Source: Octopus vulgaris
Taxonomy: Eukaryota
DNA length: 64,000 nt
Assembly: GCA_951406725.2 (NCBI GenBank)
Contig: OX597828.1
Location: 22,196,001 to 22,260,000, forward strand
Direction: 5' to 3'
The notes below the pieces were generated by a model, which saw only the letters and a program-made list of their open reading frames with translations, was not told where the DNA came from and did not search any database. A program made the position numbers and the translations under genes. This document shows, piece by piece, positions 13,286-24,933 of this stretch (position 1 is its first letter; each line of letters begins with the position of its first letter).

Positions 13286-13665
13286 GGCGCAGGAGTGGCT
13301 GTGTGATAAGTAGCTTGCTTACCAACCACAAGGTTCCGGGTTCAGTCCCACTGCGTGGCATCTTGGACAAGTGTCTTCTACTATAGCCTCGGGCCAACCA
13401 AAGCCTTGTGAGTGGATTTGGTAGACGGAAACTGAAAGACGTCCGTCGTAATATATGTATATATATATATGTGTGTGTGTTTGTGTGTCTGTGTTTGTCC
13501 CTCTAGCATTGTTTGACAACCGATGCTGGTGTGTTTACGTCCCCGTTACGTAGCGGTTATAAGTACTGGGCTTACAAAGAATAAGTCCCCGGGGTCGATT
13601 TGCTCGATTAAAGGCGGTGCTCCAGCATGGCCGCAGTCAAATGACTGAAACAAGTAAAAGAGTAT
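13286..13665 (+). mobile_element. Full-length tRNA-headed SINE (family A) with a LINE-like 3' tail
   Basis: Head ggcgcaggagtggctgtg...gggttcagtcccac; internal (TA)/(TG) tract; tail ggcggtgctccagcatggccgcagtcaaatgactgaaacaagtaaaagag. Many copies in the window. Confidence 0.85.
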
Positions 13666-13744
13666 AAATAAATAAATATAAAAATATAAATATAATGTAT
13701 AAAATAAATTTGATAGTTTAAAAGTTTTGAATTAACTATTTAAG

Positions 13745-13836
13745 CATCTTACGATCGTTTCGCAGAAGAGATTTCCCTATAATGAAATCCTATATTGATA
13801 AGCATTTATAGACAACTCTTCTGCTCTTCAGAGATA
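13745..13836 (-). ncRNA. Canonical type I hammerhead ribozyme motif
   Basis: Minus strand: tatct-CTGAAGA-GCAGAAGAG-(long loop)-CTCTTCTGC-GAAAC-GATC-GTA-agatg. All three stems pair, and it lies ~220 bp upstream of a PLE RT. Confidence 0.8.
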
Positions 13837-14053
13837 TAAAATATAAATATTGTATAATATATCGAATGATAGTTTTTTAAAAGTTTGAAGTAAAATTGTA
13901 AAATATTGTTTGCTTGAAATTCAAAATAAAAATTTAAAATGACTACTTTTGATGAGAGTCTTTAAATCCATATATATTTCCTTGGTTATTCTTCTGCAAT
14001 AATCCATAATATTCATATAAATATATGCTTATAATAACTTTATTCTGAAAGAA

Positions 14054-14990
14054 TTGAACTTTATATATAAAATAGTTTCCGATAACAGATTGAATAAAAT
14101 TCATAAGAAACACTCCTACTTCATCAAGGAGCTAAGATTATTAGATCGGACAGAACCTTATGCCTCCAAAGTCTCAAATTTCACATTTAAGGATCATAAA
14201 GCTAACTTTGAGAGCAAACCCACTGGTAGATTAATTTGCCCAACGAAATCTGACTTAGGCAGAATTAGTAAGTCTATCAGTGATAGCATTATCCCCCGTG
14301 TTAAAAAACATGCGGACCTTCCACTTTGGATGTCCACGGAAGACGTCATAACTTGGTTCTGCTCATTGAATAATAAAAGGAAATCTCACTTTGTACAATT
14401 CGACATTAGTAATTACTATGAATCTATTAAGTCGGACCTGGTTGATAAAGCAATCAATTTTGCGGGGTATTTTACTGATATTACACCGTTAGAGAAATAT
14501 TATTTTTACCGCAAGGAAAACACTGATATCTTTCAGAAATAGGACCTGGACCCGATGTGACCTTCAAGACGACTTTGATGTTAGAAAGGAAAGCTCGGAC
14601 TCTGTCCAAGTCACTGATATTGTTGGCCTATTCCTATTTTCAAAATATCAGCGGAAGTTTATATAGAGACGATGCATTATTCGCTATTTCTGGCTCCTCT
14701 GGACAAGCAACTGCACAATCAAAAGACTAAAGACTAAAGTTATATGACTTAGGTATTATATTTGAAAATGTCACTAAATGTGTTAACATTTTGGAGGTAA
14801 CATTAAAGTTGGATAATTGCTTATTTTATCCTTACCATAAGCCTTATGAAACCATTAAGCATATCTTTGCCTTATCAAGTCATTCCCAAAGTGTTATTAA
14901 TGAGATAGTTAAAGGAGTATCAATAAGAATCTCAAACGTATCTAAAAATAAAAAATTATTAATTTGCACCATTTTATAATACATCATTGA
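14054..14990 (+). pseudogene. Penelope-like element reverse transcriptase, frameshifted fragment
   Basis: Motifs TFKDHKANF..KPTGRLICPTKSDLGRISK, W..T..VI.WF and FVQFDISNYYESI; then out-of-frame FDV..GS.DS.QV.DIVGL, LYRDD (ttatatagagacgat ~14660) and PYHKP...SSH. All are typical of PLE RTs. Confidence 0.85.
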
Positions 14991-15284
14991 CGTATAGTGG
15001 ATTGAATAAGAGGATATATTAAGAATACAATATTAAAAAATAAATTAGTCTGTCTACCCAACAATCTTACATCATAAATGCATGTTTGCACCTGAATATA
15101 TTTTACTTCCTGTTTGTTTTCTCGTTTAACGTTTTCACTTTTTACCTTTTAGATCCAAATTCCTCTCGTTGTTTTTTCTTTCTTTTCTCTCCTGTTTATT
15201 CATAGGCCAGAATCCTTTTACTCTAAAAAACACCAGTTACATTGTCTATTCAAGCCTGAGGAACTGCTTGGAGGCTCATGGCAT

Positions 15285-15351
<67 letters not shown>

Positions 15352-16143
15352 TTTATTATTTAATTGTATCAGAAATTTGACTGCGGCTATGCTGGGGAAC
15401 CGCCTTAAGGATTTTTAATCGAACAAATGAACCCTAGAAATTACTTTTGAAGTCTAGTACTTATTCTATTGCTCTCTTTGACCGAACCACTAAATTACGG
15501 GCACGTAAGTACACATACACTCACATACACACACAAGCAATCTGGATTGCGTGTTCGTTTCTCTTTTTGCCATCTCTGATATAATTTTTGATCTTCTATA
15601 TAAATGTAGATATTTCCTCCGTCTCGCAGCTTTTCCTTCTACAATACAGGCAGTTACATTGCGGAACAGTTATTTTAACGATTTTTGTTTATATATCACC
15701 CGACGAGATACACCTGCACCGCCGGATGCTCCTGAACCAGTTGCTGAGTGTCCCACCCATGAGGAATCTATGCTAGATGTGTTGAAACGATTGTCGCGAT
15801 AAATAGTACATTCTCGTATATTCCATCCTCCGTCTTTCATTTGCCATATACATAATGATCAATGTGAAAGTGCCCGTGCTTTGCTGGTAAGTTACCCGGT
15901 ATAAACCGTTCATTTTATTATCCATTAATTTGAGAAAAATTATATCAATGTGTCCATGTCGTTAAAATAATTATATTCATTTGTGCAACTGTTGATAGCA
16001 CTGCATTTAAATTGATGTACTACTTGCATTGTTTAATTAAATGGAGCTGCCTGAAACAATCGTACTGCACCACTTCTTGATATCCTGTTGCTTATCTTTA
16101 ATTTTATATATATATATATGCTAAATTCAACTGAATCTTAATG

Positions 16144-16239
<96 letters not shown>

Positions 16240-16596
16240 TCATATACATCATTAAGTTTCAGTTGAATTTAGCATTTAGATTGAGGCACCAGGTAAGTCC
16301 GGTATTATTCGCACATATATACATATGTACAACGAACATCAATTAGTTTCCGTCGATCATATCAAACCAAGGTACCACGGAGTGGGATTGATATCTGAAT
16401 CTTGTGGTTAGGAATTCAGCTTTTTACCAGACAGTCGTATAGTCTAAAACATTTTGTTTCTACAGCATAACAGTATTAGTTGTACATATTTAAACAGTAT
16501 ATTAAATGATATTTACTTAGCGCTGGATGGAGTACGGTTTTTGTTGATCCTACCAATAATGGAAGAGTAAACAACACACACACATGTATATACATA

Positions 16597-16657
<61 letters not shown>

Positions 16658-17109
16658 TCCGTTTTCAGCAGAGAAAGACGTGATTGCCTTTGCCCTGTGA
16701 AAAAGTTTGCATAGAACGGCGAAATAACCCACTGTAGTTGCAAAACGTAAAACTCTAAGTCATAGAGATCACTACAACACTTTGGTTAAAAATATTTTTT
16801 AAAATATATATATAAATATATACATATACACAGTAATTTTCATTTTCACCGAAACGCACATGGTGCAAAAATAACTGAATCAAGTTATCTCCTGCAAGAA
16901 AGAAAAAGAAGTATCTCTCCTGAAAAAAATCCCGTAAACCAAAAAAAAAATAATCCAGACCACATTGTTGGATTAAGTATCAATTTCATCTATTTCATAT
17001 TTCATTTATTATTCTATTTTATCTTTCACTTAGGCCCACATCTTAGTTAAAGTTGCGATCGTCATTTTGTTTGTTTACATTTTCAATATCTGTTATCGAT
17101 ATAATAATT

Positions 17110-18320
17110 TTCCAGATACTCTATCTTCTAATTAGCCTTAAGATTAAATTAAATAACGTTTAATATTGATACCGTCAAATTAGCCTTAGGATTAAATTAA
17201 ATAATGTTTAATATTGTTTAATATTGTTAATAATTATTGTTAATTAGCCTTAAGATTAAATTAAATAACGTTTAATATTGTTTTAATATTGTTAATAATT
17301 TTTCAGATACTCTATCTTCTAATTAGCCCTAAGATTAAATTAAATAACGTTTAATATTAATAACGTCTAATTAGCCTTAGGATTAAATTAAATAACGTTT
17401 AATATTGTTAATAATTATTGTTAATTAGCCTTAGGATTAAATTAAATAACGTTTAATATTGTTTAATATTGTTAATAATTACTGTTAATTAGTCTTAAGA
17501 TTAAATTAAATAACGTTTAATATTGTTTAATATTGTTAATAATTATTGTTAATTAGCCTTAGGATTAAATTAAATAACGTTTAATATTGTTTAATATTGT
17601 TAATAATTATTGTTAATTAGCCTTAAGATTAAATTAAATAACGTTTAATATTGTTTTAATATTGTTAATAATTCTTCAGATACTCTATCTTCTAATTAGC
17701 CTTAAGATTAAATTAAATAACGTTTAATATTACCCACACTCTAATATAATATTAACATTGCTAATATATTTTCAGATACTCTATCTCCTGATTAGCCTTA
17801 AGATTAAATAACGTTTTTATCTACACTCTAATATAATATTAATATTGCTAATACATTTTCAGATACTCTATCTTCTAATTAGCCTTAAGATTAAATTAAA
17901 TAACGTTTAATATTAATAACGTCTAATTAGCCTTAAGATTAAATTAAATAACGTTTAATATTACCCACACTCTAATATAATATTAATATTGCTAATATAT
18001 TTTCAGATACTCTATCTCCAAATTAGCCTTAAGATTAAATAACGTTTTTTTTTTTTTTTTTTTTTTTACCCACACTCTAATATAATATTAATATTGCTAA
18101 TATATTTTCAGATACTCTATCTCCTAATTAGCCTTAAGATTAAACAACGTTTTTATCCACACTCTAATATAATATTAATATTGCTAATACATTTTCAGAT
18201 ACTCTATCCCCTAATTAGCCTTAAGATTAAATAACGTTTTTACCCAAATAACGTTTTTACACAAACTTTAATATTGTTAATATTTCTTTTTCAAGTACTC
18301 TATCTTCTAATTAGCCTTAA
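17110..18320 (+). repeat. AT-rich tandem array in the LINE 5' region (~16-17 units, ~45-110 bp period)
   Basis: Recurrent core taattagccttaagattaaattaaataacgttt with variable modules (aatattgtttaatattgttaataatt; cccacactctaatataatattaatattgc; ttttcagatactctatct). Confidence 0.9.
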
Positions 18321-18381
18321 TATCTTCCTGTCTTCTCTCGAACATAATTAGATAGATAAACGGATAGACGGATTATCCAGC

Positions 18382-19293
18382 ATGTCCAGAGCATGGAGAC
18401 GTGACGAGCTGGATTTATTCGTACGAGCATGGGAGTGCGCCGGCGGAGATAGCCCTAGCGAGGTGATTGCGGCTGCACTGAAGAGCAGAGGCTACAAGAG
18501 GACGGCGGCTCAGATGGAGCGAAAGAGACAGGAATTCGTGCGCTCATATGCGCTTGTACGGTCGCACATTGGCGCACTTGATGCCATCTTTGAGAACGAG
18601 CGGGGCAAAGATGGCAAGAATGGAGACGATGAAAGAAGTCACCCCCACCTGGTGGACGCCCGGGAGGAGGTTTTGAATGAGAAACCTGCCCGGGAAGTGA
18701 ACCCAGGTGCAAGTTCTCCAACCGGCAGCAAGGGCCATGGAGACGGAGAACCCGGTGAAGAGGTAGAGGGAGGAAGAAGAACTAAAAGAAGGACTGGAAG
18801 AGCTAAAGGAAAAGAAAAAGCTCAAGCAGGACCAAAGAGTGAAACAACCAGAAATAGAAGTGGAACCGCAAAGGATGGAACCAAACAGCGCACACGGGTG
18901 TGTATGTTCTACCTGAGAGGTTCCTGCTGGCATGGAAAGGAAGGTGCAGGCTGCCGCTTTGCACATCGGGGACCCTGCCACAGAGACACGAGGCAGATGG
19001 ACAAACCATCAACACAAAGAAAAGGGATGGACCACGCACCACCTGCCCCAAAGCGGAGGTACGCAGATGTTGTGCGCGCCACAAACAGCCAACATGATGT
19101 TGTCGAAAGAGCAGCTGCTGAGCAACAATCTTTTTTGTGCATGGCACAAAAGATTGTACAGCAGCTGACCTGGCTTCATCAAACCCAAGCCCGCAGGTGG
19201 GACTACCCACTATATACCAGACCACCACAGCAAACAGACACAGGATGGACACCGCCGGCAACAACGTACACCTCACCTCGATACTCCTACTGA
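18382..19293 (+). CDS. LINE ORF1 protein (303 aa) with an N-terminal Myb/SANT(trihelix)-like domain and a CCCH zinc finger
   Basis: WRRDELDLFVRAW...IAAALKSRGYKRTAAQMERKRQEF resembles Myb/SANT-like DNA-binding domains. CMFYLRGSCWHGKEGAGCRFAH is C-x7-C-x8-C-x3-H. It lies directly upstream of ORF2 and overlaps it. Confidence 0.8.
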   Translation: MSRAWRRDELDLFVRAWECAGGDSPSEVIAAALKSRGYKRTAAQMERKRQEFVRSYALVRSHIGALDAIFENERGKDGKNGDDERSHPHLVDAREEVLNEKPAREVNPGASSPTGSKGHGDGEPGEEVEGGRRTKRRTGRAKGKEKAQAGPKSETTRNRSGTAKDGTKQRTRVCMFYLRGSCWHGKEGAGCRFAHRGPCHRDTRQMDKPSTQRKGMDHAPPAPKRRYADVVRATNSQHDVVERAAAEQQSFLCMAQKIVQQLTWLHQTQARRWDYPLYTRPPQQTDTGWTPPATTYTSPRYSY

Positions 19294-22162
19294 ACATCAG
19301 AGGACTGCAAACACTCAGTAACAGGACAAAGATCCCGTTCCTGAGAGACTTTATTGCATGCAATCAAGCCATATGCATAGCACTTACAGAAACGCACCTG
19401 AAACCGGACATAGCAGATGCGGAGTTACACATACCACAGTATGCTGTACTACGGACCGACAGGAAAGAAAGGAGTCATGGAGGTGTTGCTATGTACATCC
19501 GTGAGGACCTCACACCCCAGGTCCTCTTGTCATACGCAAACTCGGTGTGTGACACACTAATTGTACATATTAAGCAACTTGATGTAGTTGTGTGTGCTAC
19601 ATATCGCCCTCCAGATGCCCCAAGCCATGTGGGCAAGTTTGAAGACTGCCTTATAAAAATAGAAGAAATTCTAACCACATTAGAACAACACATAGGTGTG
19701 CTTCTTATGGGAAACTTCAATCTGCCCAATGTCAGATGGCCCGAGGGCCTTTCTCTCCCAGGAATGACAAGATGTGAACGAGGACAGGCGAGGTCCCTCC
19801 TGAACCTCATCAACACCCTGTACATGGAGCAGGTAATACTCCAACCAACCAGGGCAGGTAACACACTGGATCTCTGCTTCACAAATGACATGGATCTCAT
19901 CCATAATGTGAAAGTGACACCGACACTACTCTCGGATCACAACATGATAGAGCTGACCATGTACGGGCCAAAAGAGAGCACGGACATGCAGCCTACAAGA
20001 AACCCTCAAAATCTTTCCAGCTTGAACTACCATAAGGCAAACTGGAAACAAATTGAGAAAGAGATCCTCAAACAAAACTGGCCTAAATGTCTCTCCTCGC
20101 CAGACATCGACGTGAAACTTCAACAATTCATGTCTGTAATGCAAGCCATATGCTACAAATGTGTCCCAGAGAGAAAGGCCACTGTACACAAGAACAAAAT
20201 CCCCAGAGAGAGGAAAATTTTAATGAGACGGCGTACGAAATTTTCAAATCGCCTAAACAAACAGATTGAAAGCAGTGAAAAGTCCCGCCTAAAAATAAAA
20301 CTGTTGGAAATCGAAAAATGTCTGCATCTCTCCCATGAAAAAGAAAGAGCAGACAAAGAAGCCTGGGCTATAGAAAACATAAAATCTAACCCCAGAGCTT
20401 TCTACAGGTATGCCAAAGAAACAGCTACAGTGCACTGTAGAATAGGGCCACTCCTCGAAAAGGAAGGCACACTTACAGGAAAACCAATGAGGATAAGTGA
20501 AATACTGAATGAGCAATTCAAGAGTGTTTTCACTCCACCCCTTGGGCATCTCCAAATCACCAATCCAACTGACTTTTTTACCACTGCAGATATAAAATCA
20601 GAGGCGGCGACGATAGATTACATCAATATAAAGGAAGACGATGTAACCAAGGCTATAGATGAAATGAAAACAGACTCAGCTACTGGCCCCGATGGATTCC
20701 CGGCAATCCTCCTAAAAGCATGTAAGAGAGTCCTAGCAAGACCACTGCAGTTCCTCTTTCAGAGCTTCCTTGCAGCTGGCAAACTTCCAGGAAAACTGAA
20801 GGAAGGTAAAATATGCCCCATTCATAAAGGAGGTAGCAGAGCGGAAGCCAAGAACTATAGACCTATCTCTCTGACCTCACACATCAGCAAGGTCATGGAA
20901 CGAATAGTCAGAAGGAAGCTGATCACCTTCCTTGAAGAGAATGACTTGCTGCCCGACACCCAACATGGTTTCCGACCAGGGAGAAGCTGTTTAACTCAGC
21001 TCCTACAACACTATGACTGGGTGCTGAAACGGCTGCTCAACCACTCAAATGTGGAAGTGATATATCTCGACTTTGCAAAGGCCTTTGATAAAGTCGATCA
21101 TGGAATGATATGTCACAAACTGCGTGATCTCAACATAGTTGGAAAACTGGGAGAATGGCTTCATGACTTTCTGAAGGATAGAAGTCAGGTGGTAGTAGCC
21201 AATGGGGCCACCTCCATTAACACACAAATAGTGAGCGGTGTTCCGCAGGGCACTGTTCTGGGACCACTACTGTTCATAATGGCCCTCTCAGACATGCCCT
21301 CAGCCACGCAGAGAGCCACGATCACAAGTTATGCAGACGATACAAAAGTTTCACAGGCAATACAGAACCCTGAGGACACTAAACACCTGCAATGTGAGCC
21401 GGACGAAATATACAAGTGGGCTAAAAACAATAGCATGCAGTTCAATGCTGGAAAGTTTCAAGCTTTATACTATCAGCATGCAAAACTGAATGCAATACCC
21501 AATGAATACACTGGACCCGGAGGGATTGCAATCCCAGAGGCACAATCAGTGCGTGACCTGGGTATTCACATGAGTGATGACGCGACCTTTCATGTACATG
21601 TTGCTAAACTGACAATGAAATGTAGACGGCTGGCTGGATGGATTCTTAGAACCTTTAGAACAAGAGAACAAGAAACCATGATGGTCCTCTGGAAGACACT
21701 TGTCCTAAGCCACTTTGACTATTGCTCTCAGCTATGGTCACCATCCAGTTGATCACAGAACTTGAGGCGATCCAACGAAGCTACACAAAGAAGATAGCCT
21801 CTATGCAGAATGTAAGCTACTGGGAAAGACTCAAGAGATTAAAATTATATTCCCTGGAGCGTAGGCGGGAAAGATATGCCATAATATACATCTGGAAGAT
21901 CCTGGAGGGAAGTGTCCTGAACTTTGGCATCGAGAGTTACGCAAATGCCAGAACTGGGCGCCACTGCGTGGTGCCTAGGACTCCAAACCTGCCATCAAGA
22001 TGTAGGACAAGATTCTGTGATAGCCTGGGCTTCCGAGGCCCACAGCTCTTCAATATCCTCCCGAAGAACCTGAGAGACCTGCATGAGGTGGATACAGATG
22101 TCTTTAAAATGAAGCTGGATCTCTTCCTGTCAGGTGTCCCAGATGAACCAACTTCACGGTAG
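19245..22162 (+). pseudogene. LINE ORF2 (AP endonuclease + reverse transcriptase), frameshifted near 21750
   Basis: EN motifs LNIRGL, LTETHL, YRPP, GNFN (normally GDFN), LDL and SDH; RT motifs NYRPISL, QHGF, YLDFAKAFD, GVPQG..LGP and YADD. The C-terminus (LYSLERRRERY) continues in another frame to 22162. First ATG is at 19245. Confidence 0.92.
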
Positions 22163-22311
22163 GAGGGGCAGATGAGGGCAGCTGCATCGAACTCTCTCAT
22201 GCACCAAATAGCAGTTGCTAGAAAGCCTCCATGAAGTGAAACCAAGTAGCAACACCAAATGGCGGTGCCCCAGCATGGCCACAGCTCATAAGCTGAAACT
22301 AGAATCAATCA

Positions 22312-22353
<42 letters not shown>

Positions 22354-23085
22354 GAGTTTGCGTGAGTGTGTGTGTATAGATATATGTACATATACACAGA
22401 TATAATGTCCATATATTACATGTATGTATGTGCGCGCGTGTATGCATGTGTGTATGCGTGAGTGTATGCGTGTCAACATATGATTGTGTTTGTGTTTTAT
22501 GTGTGTGAGTGTGTGAGTGTGTGTATGTGTGTGTGCGTGCGTGCATGCCTCTCCACTTCTGTTTGCTTTTGCGTTGAGCAGCAGTACTCAGGTTTCTCAG
22601 ATTTAACACATTAGCTCTTAAATGGTGCTGTGTCTTTATTCCTTATTAGAGAGATTTTACAGTTTAAACAATAAAACTGATAAAACAAAGAATATCAGGA
22701 AACAGGCAATAAATGGAAAAACAAACAAACGAAAAAAATTGTGCTGCCGAGAATCTGTCCTTAAACCATGACTCAAAATGTACTTGCACTTCCTTTTGAC
22801 AATTCATAAAACCACATAAAATTCGCACATGCGTTTGTAAGCGCCTATATATATGAATATACGGTGCGTACACTTACACGCCCCCAGGTACTAACTCACA
22901 CGCACAAACACATTTTCATATACGTGTGTATTTGGTGCTTCTTCGCATTCCAACATATATACACTTGTGTAAACATGCATACATATATACGTACATATAC
23001 ATACAAACATGCATACACAGCCATACACATACATGCATATACATACACATACATATATATACACACATACGTATATATATACATG

Positions 23086-23120
<35 letters not shown>

Positions 23121-23123
<3 letters not shown>

Positions 23124-23420
23124 TATTATAAAAGGCAGATTTTAGTCTGCCTCCCTTTGGGAGTTATACAAATCTACAATATAGGATTTCTTCAATTACA
23201 ATTTACCTAGCATTTTTAAGAGTACAATGCATCGCGTCATGCCAGGTCCAGTTTTCAAAATTTAAACTCCAATTAAGCAAAATTTACAGAAAACTCACAT
23301 TCTGGTGTGTGTGTCAAATGCTTTTCTTAGTCTGGTTTACACCACACGCAAACGCACACACACAGTGGGCAACGAATAAAATGAAACTAATTCACTTACT
23401 GTAGTGAGTGATTCTTTCAC
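23121..23420 (+). mobile_element. Non-autonomous Helitron 5' segment
   Basis: Starts with TC after an A (tcttattataaaaggcagatttt) and is highly similar to 24934-25200. Confidence 0.75.
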
Positions 23421-23824
23421 TCTGCCTCCCACTTCCTCTTTCCACACATAGACACGCAAATATATACATAAAATTGTAAGCTAACGTACGTGTGTGTCAG
23501 TGTGTGTGTGTGTGTGTGTGCGCGTGTGTGTGTGTGTGAGGGTGCGTGTGTGTGTGTGTGTGTGCGTGTGCGTGAGTGTGTGACAGGAAAGTTTTTTACG
23601 ACGAATATAACACCTATATCCATGTAGCAGAAAGATAAGACAGTAAGGTGTGATTTGAGGGATATTTGGCTGCTATTTCTACCATGTCTAGCTGCCATGT
23701 AGGGGTCTCCCTCATAGGCTCATACACACATACATACATAGATAAGACAGTAAGGTGTGATTTGGGGGAAATTTTGCTGCTATTTCTACCAGGTCTAGCT
23801 ACCATGTAGAGGTCCCCCTCAATT

Positions 23825-24035
23825 CTTTTATTCTTCTGCTTTTTCCAGCCATTGGTCTGTGGCGATGCTGGGGCAATGCCTTGAAGAACTGTAGTTTAAT
23901 GAATCAACTCCAGTTTTATTTTTGTAAGCATTGTACTTATTCTATCTGTTTCCTTTGTCAAACCACTAGGTGACAGGGATGTAAACAAACCAACATTCGT
24001 TGTCAAGCAGTGGTGGAGGACAATCACAAGCACAG
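23825..24035 (-). mobile_element. SINE family A, 3' fragment
   Basis: gatgctggggcaatgcc...acttattctatc...gtaaacaaaccaacattcgttgtcaagc is the reverse complement of the family A body and tail. Confidence 0.6.
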
Positions 24036-24120
24036 ACACGCACACACACACACATACATGCATGCACATATACACACATACATACATACATACATATATA
24101 TATATGTGTGTATATATATA

Positions 24121-24445
24121 TTGCAGCGTGGAAGGTGTTTGTAAGCCATTTAAGAAACACACAAAAACCGTTACATTCACTTCAACATTTAAATTTAATT
24201 TGCCAAAATATTTTCGTCGCTTTGAGACCGCGACCTGTTCACTGACAAAAATATCGTGCTAACAGGTCGCGGTCTCAAAGCGACGAAAATATTTTGACAA
24301 ATTAAATTTAAATGTTGAAGTGAATCTAACGGTTTTTGTGTGTTTCTTAAATGGCTTATAAACACCTTCAACGCTGCAACTGTTTTCGTTCCAGCACACG
24401 ATCTCAGATCAAGTCACTTGCTATGCAAGTACATCTCTGTAACTA
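24121..24445. mobile_element. PLE-derived fold-back element (~120-bp arms at 24121-24239 and 24261-24379)
   Basis: Near-perfect inverted repeat flanked by TA tracts. A deleted copy lies at 49733-49850. Confidence 0.8.
24198..24249 (-). ncRNA. Hammerhead-like motif with G3-C8 swapped core
   Basis: Minus strand: tttgtca-GTGAACA-G-GTCGC-ggtctcaaa-GCGAC-GAAAATATTT-tggcaaa. Stems I and II pair and stem III is the palindrome AATATT. Confidence 0.65.
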
Positions 24446-24539
24446 TATATATATTTATATATATATATATGTATATTGGTAAAAACAGTAAGATAACAAA
24501 AGAAAGAAAGAGACCTCAATATTATGTAAATAGAGGAAA

Positions 24540-24933
24540 TCTTTATATATAAAAGTGAGGTTGTGTGTCTGTCTCGTACGATTTAGATTCCTAACTACTC
24601 CCACATTTTGCGGTGCAGTTTAACCAAAACCGGGTATCTTATAGTCGTGATTCATATCGAGACCGTCTGGGTATTAGCGCGCGTCTACGATGAGTCTACG
24701 ATTTAAAAAAAATTTACCATCAATTTTTCCCATTTTTAATCCATTTTTGACATATATAAGGGAAGTAACTCTCTAAAATTTATTATTAAATCTCAGAACG
24801 TAAAAAGCTACAGTAACACCCCTCCCCCTTTGTGGTTAGCCATATTGAGATGGCTATTATACTTTACATCTCTAAAAATGCTTATATAATTATTTCCCTT
24901 ACAAACCCGAGCAACGCCGGGCGATACTGCTAG
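24540..24933 (+). mobile_element. Short non-autonomous Helitron
   Basis: 5' TC after an A (tctttatatataaaagtgagg); 3' hairpin cccgagcaacgccggg followed by cgatactgCTAG. Confidence 0.8.

Larger units (their letters stand above)
17040..22310 (+). mobile_element. Near full-length CR1-group non-LTR retrotransposon (LINE), probably inactive
   Basis: Repeat-rich 5' region, ORF1, APE+RT ORF2, and a short 3' UTR ending in a stem-loop and (ATCA)n-like tail. The 5' boundary is approximate and no TSD was seen. Confidence 0.88.

Noticed and set aside
15540-16100. Higher-GC island that may be a transposon coding remnant
   Set aside because: No diagnostic motif is recognisable by eye.
17110-18320. CRISPR-like appearance of the repeat array next to an RT
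   Set aside because: The intervening segments are re-used modules rather than unique spacers, there are no cas genes, and the context is a eukaryotic LINE.
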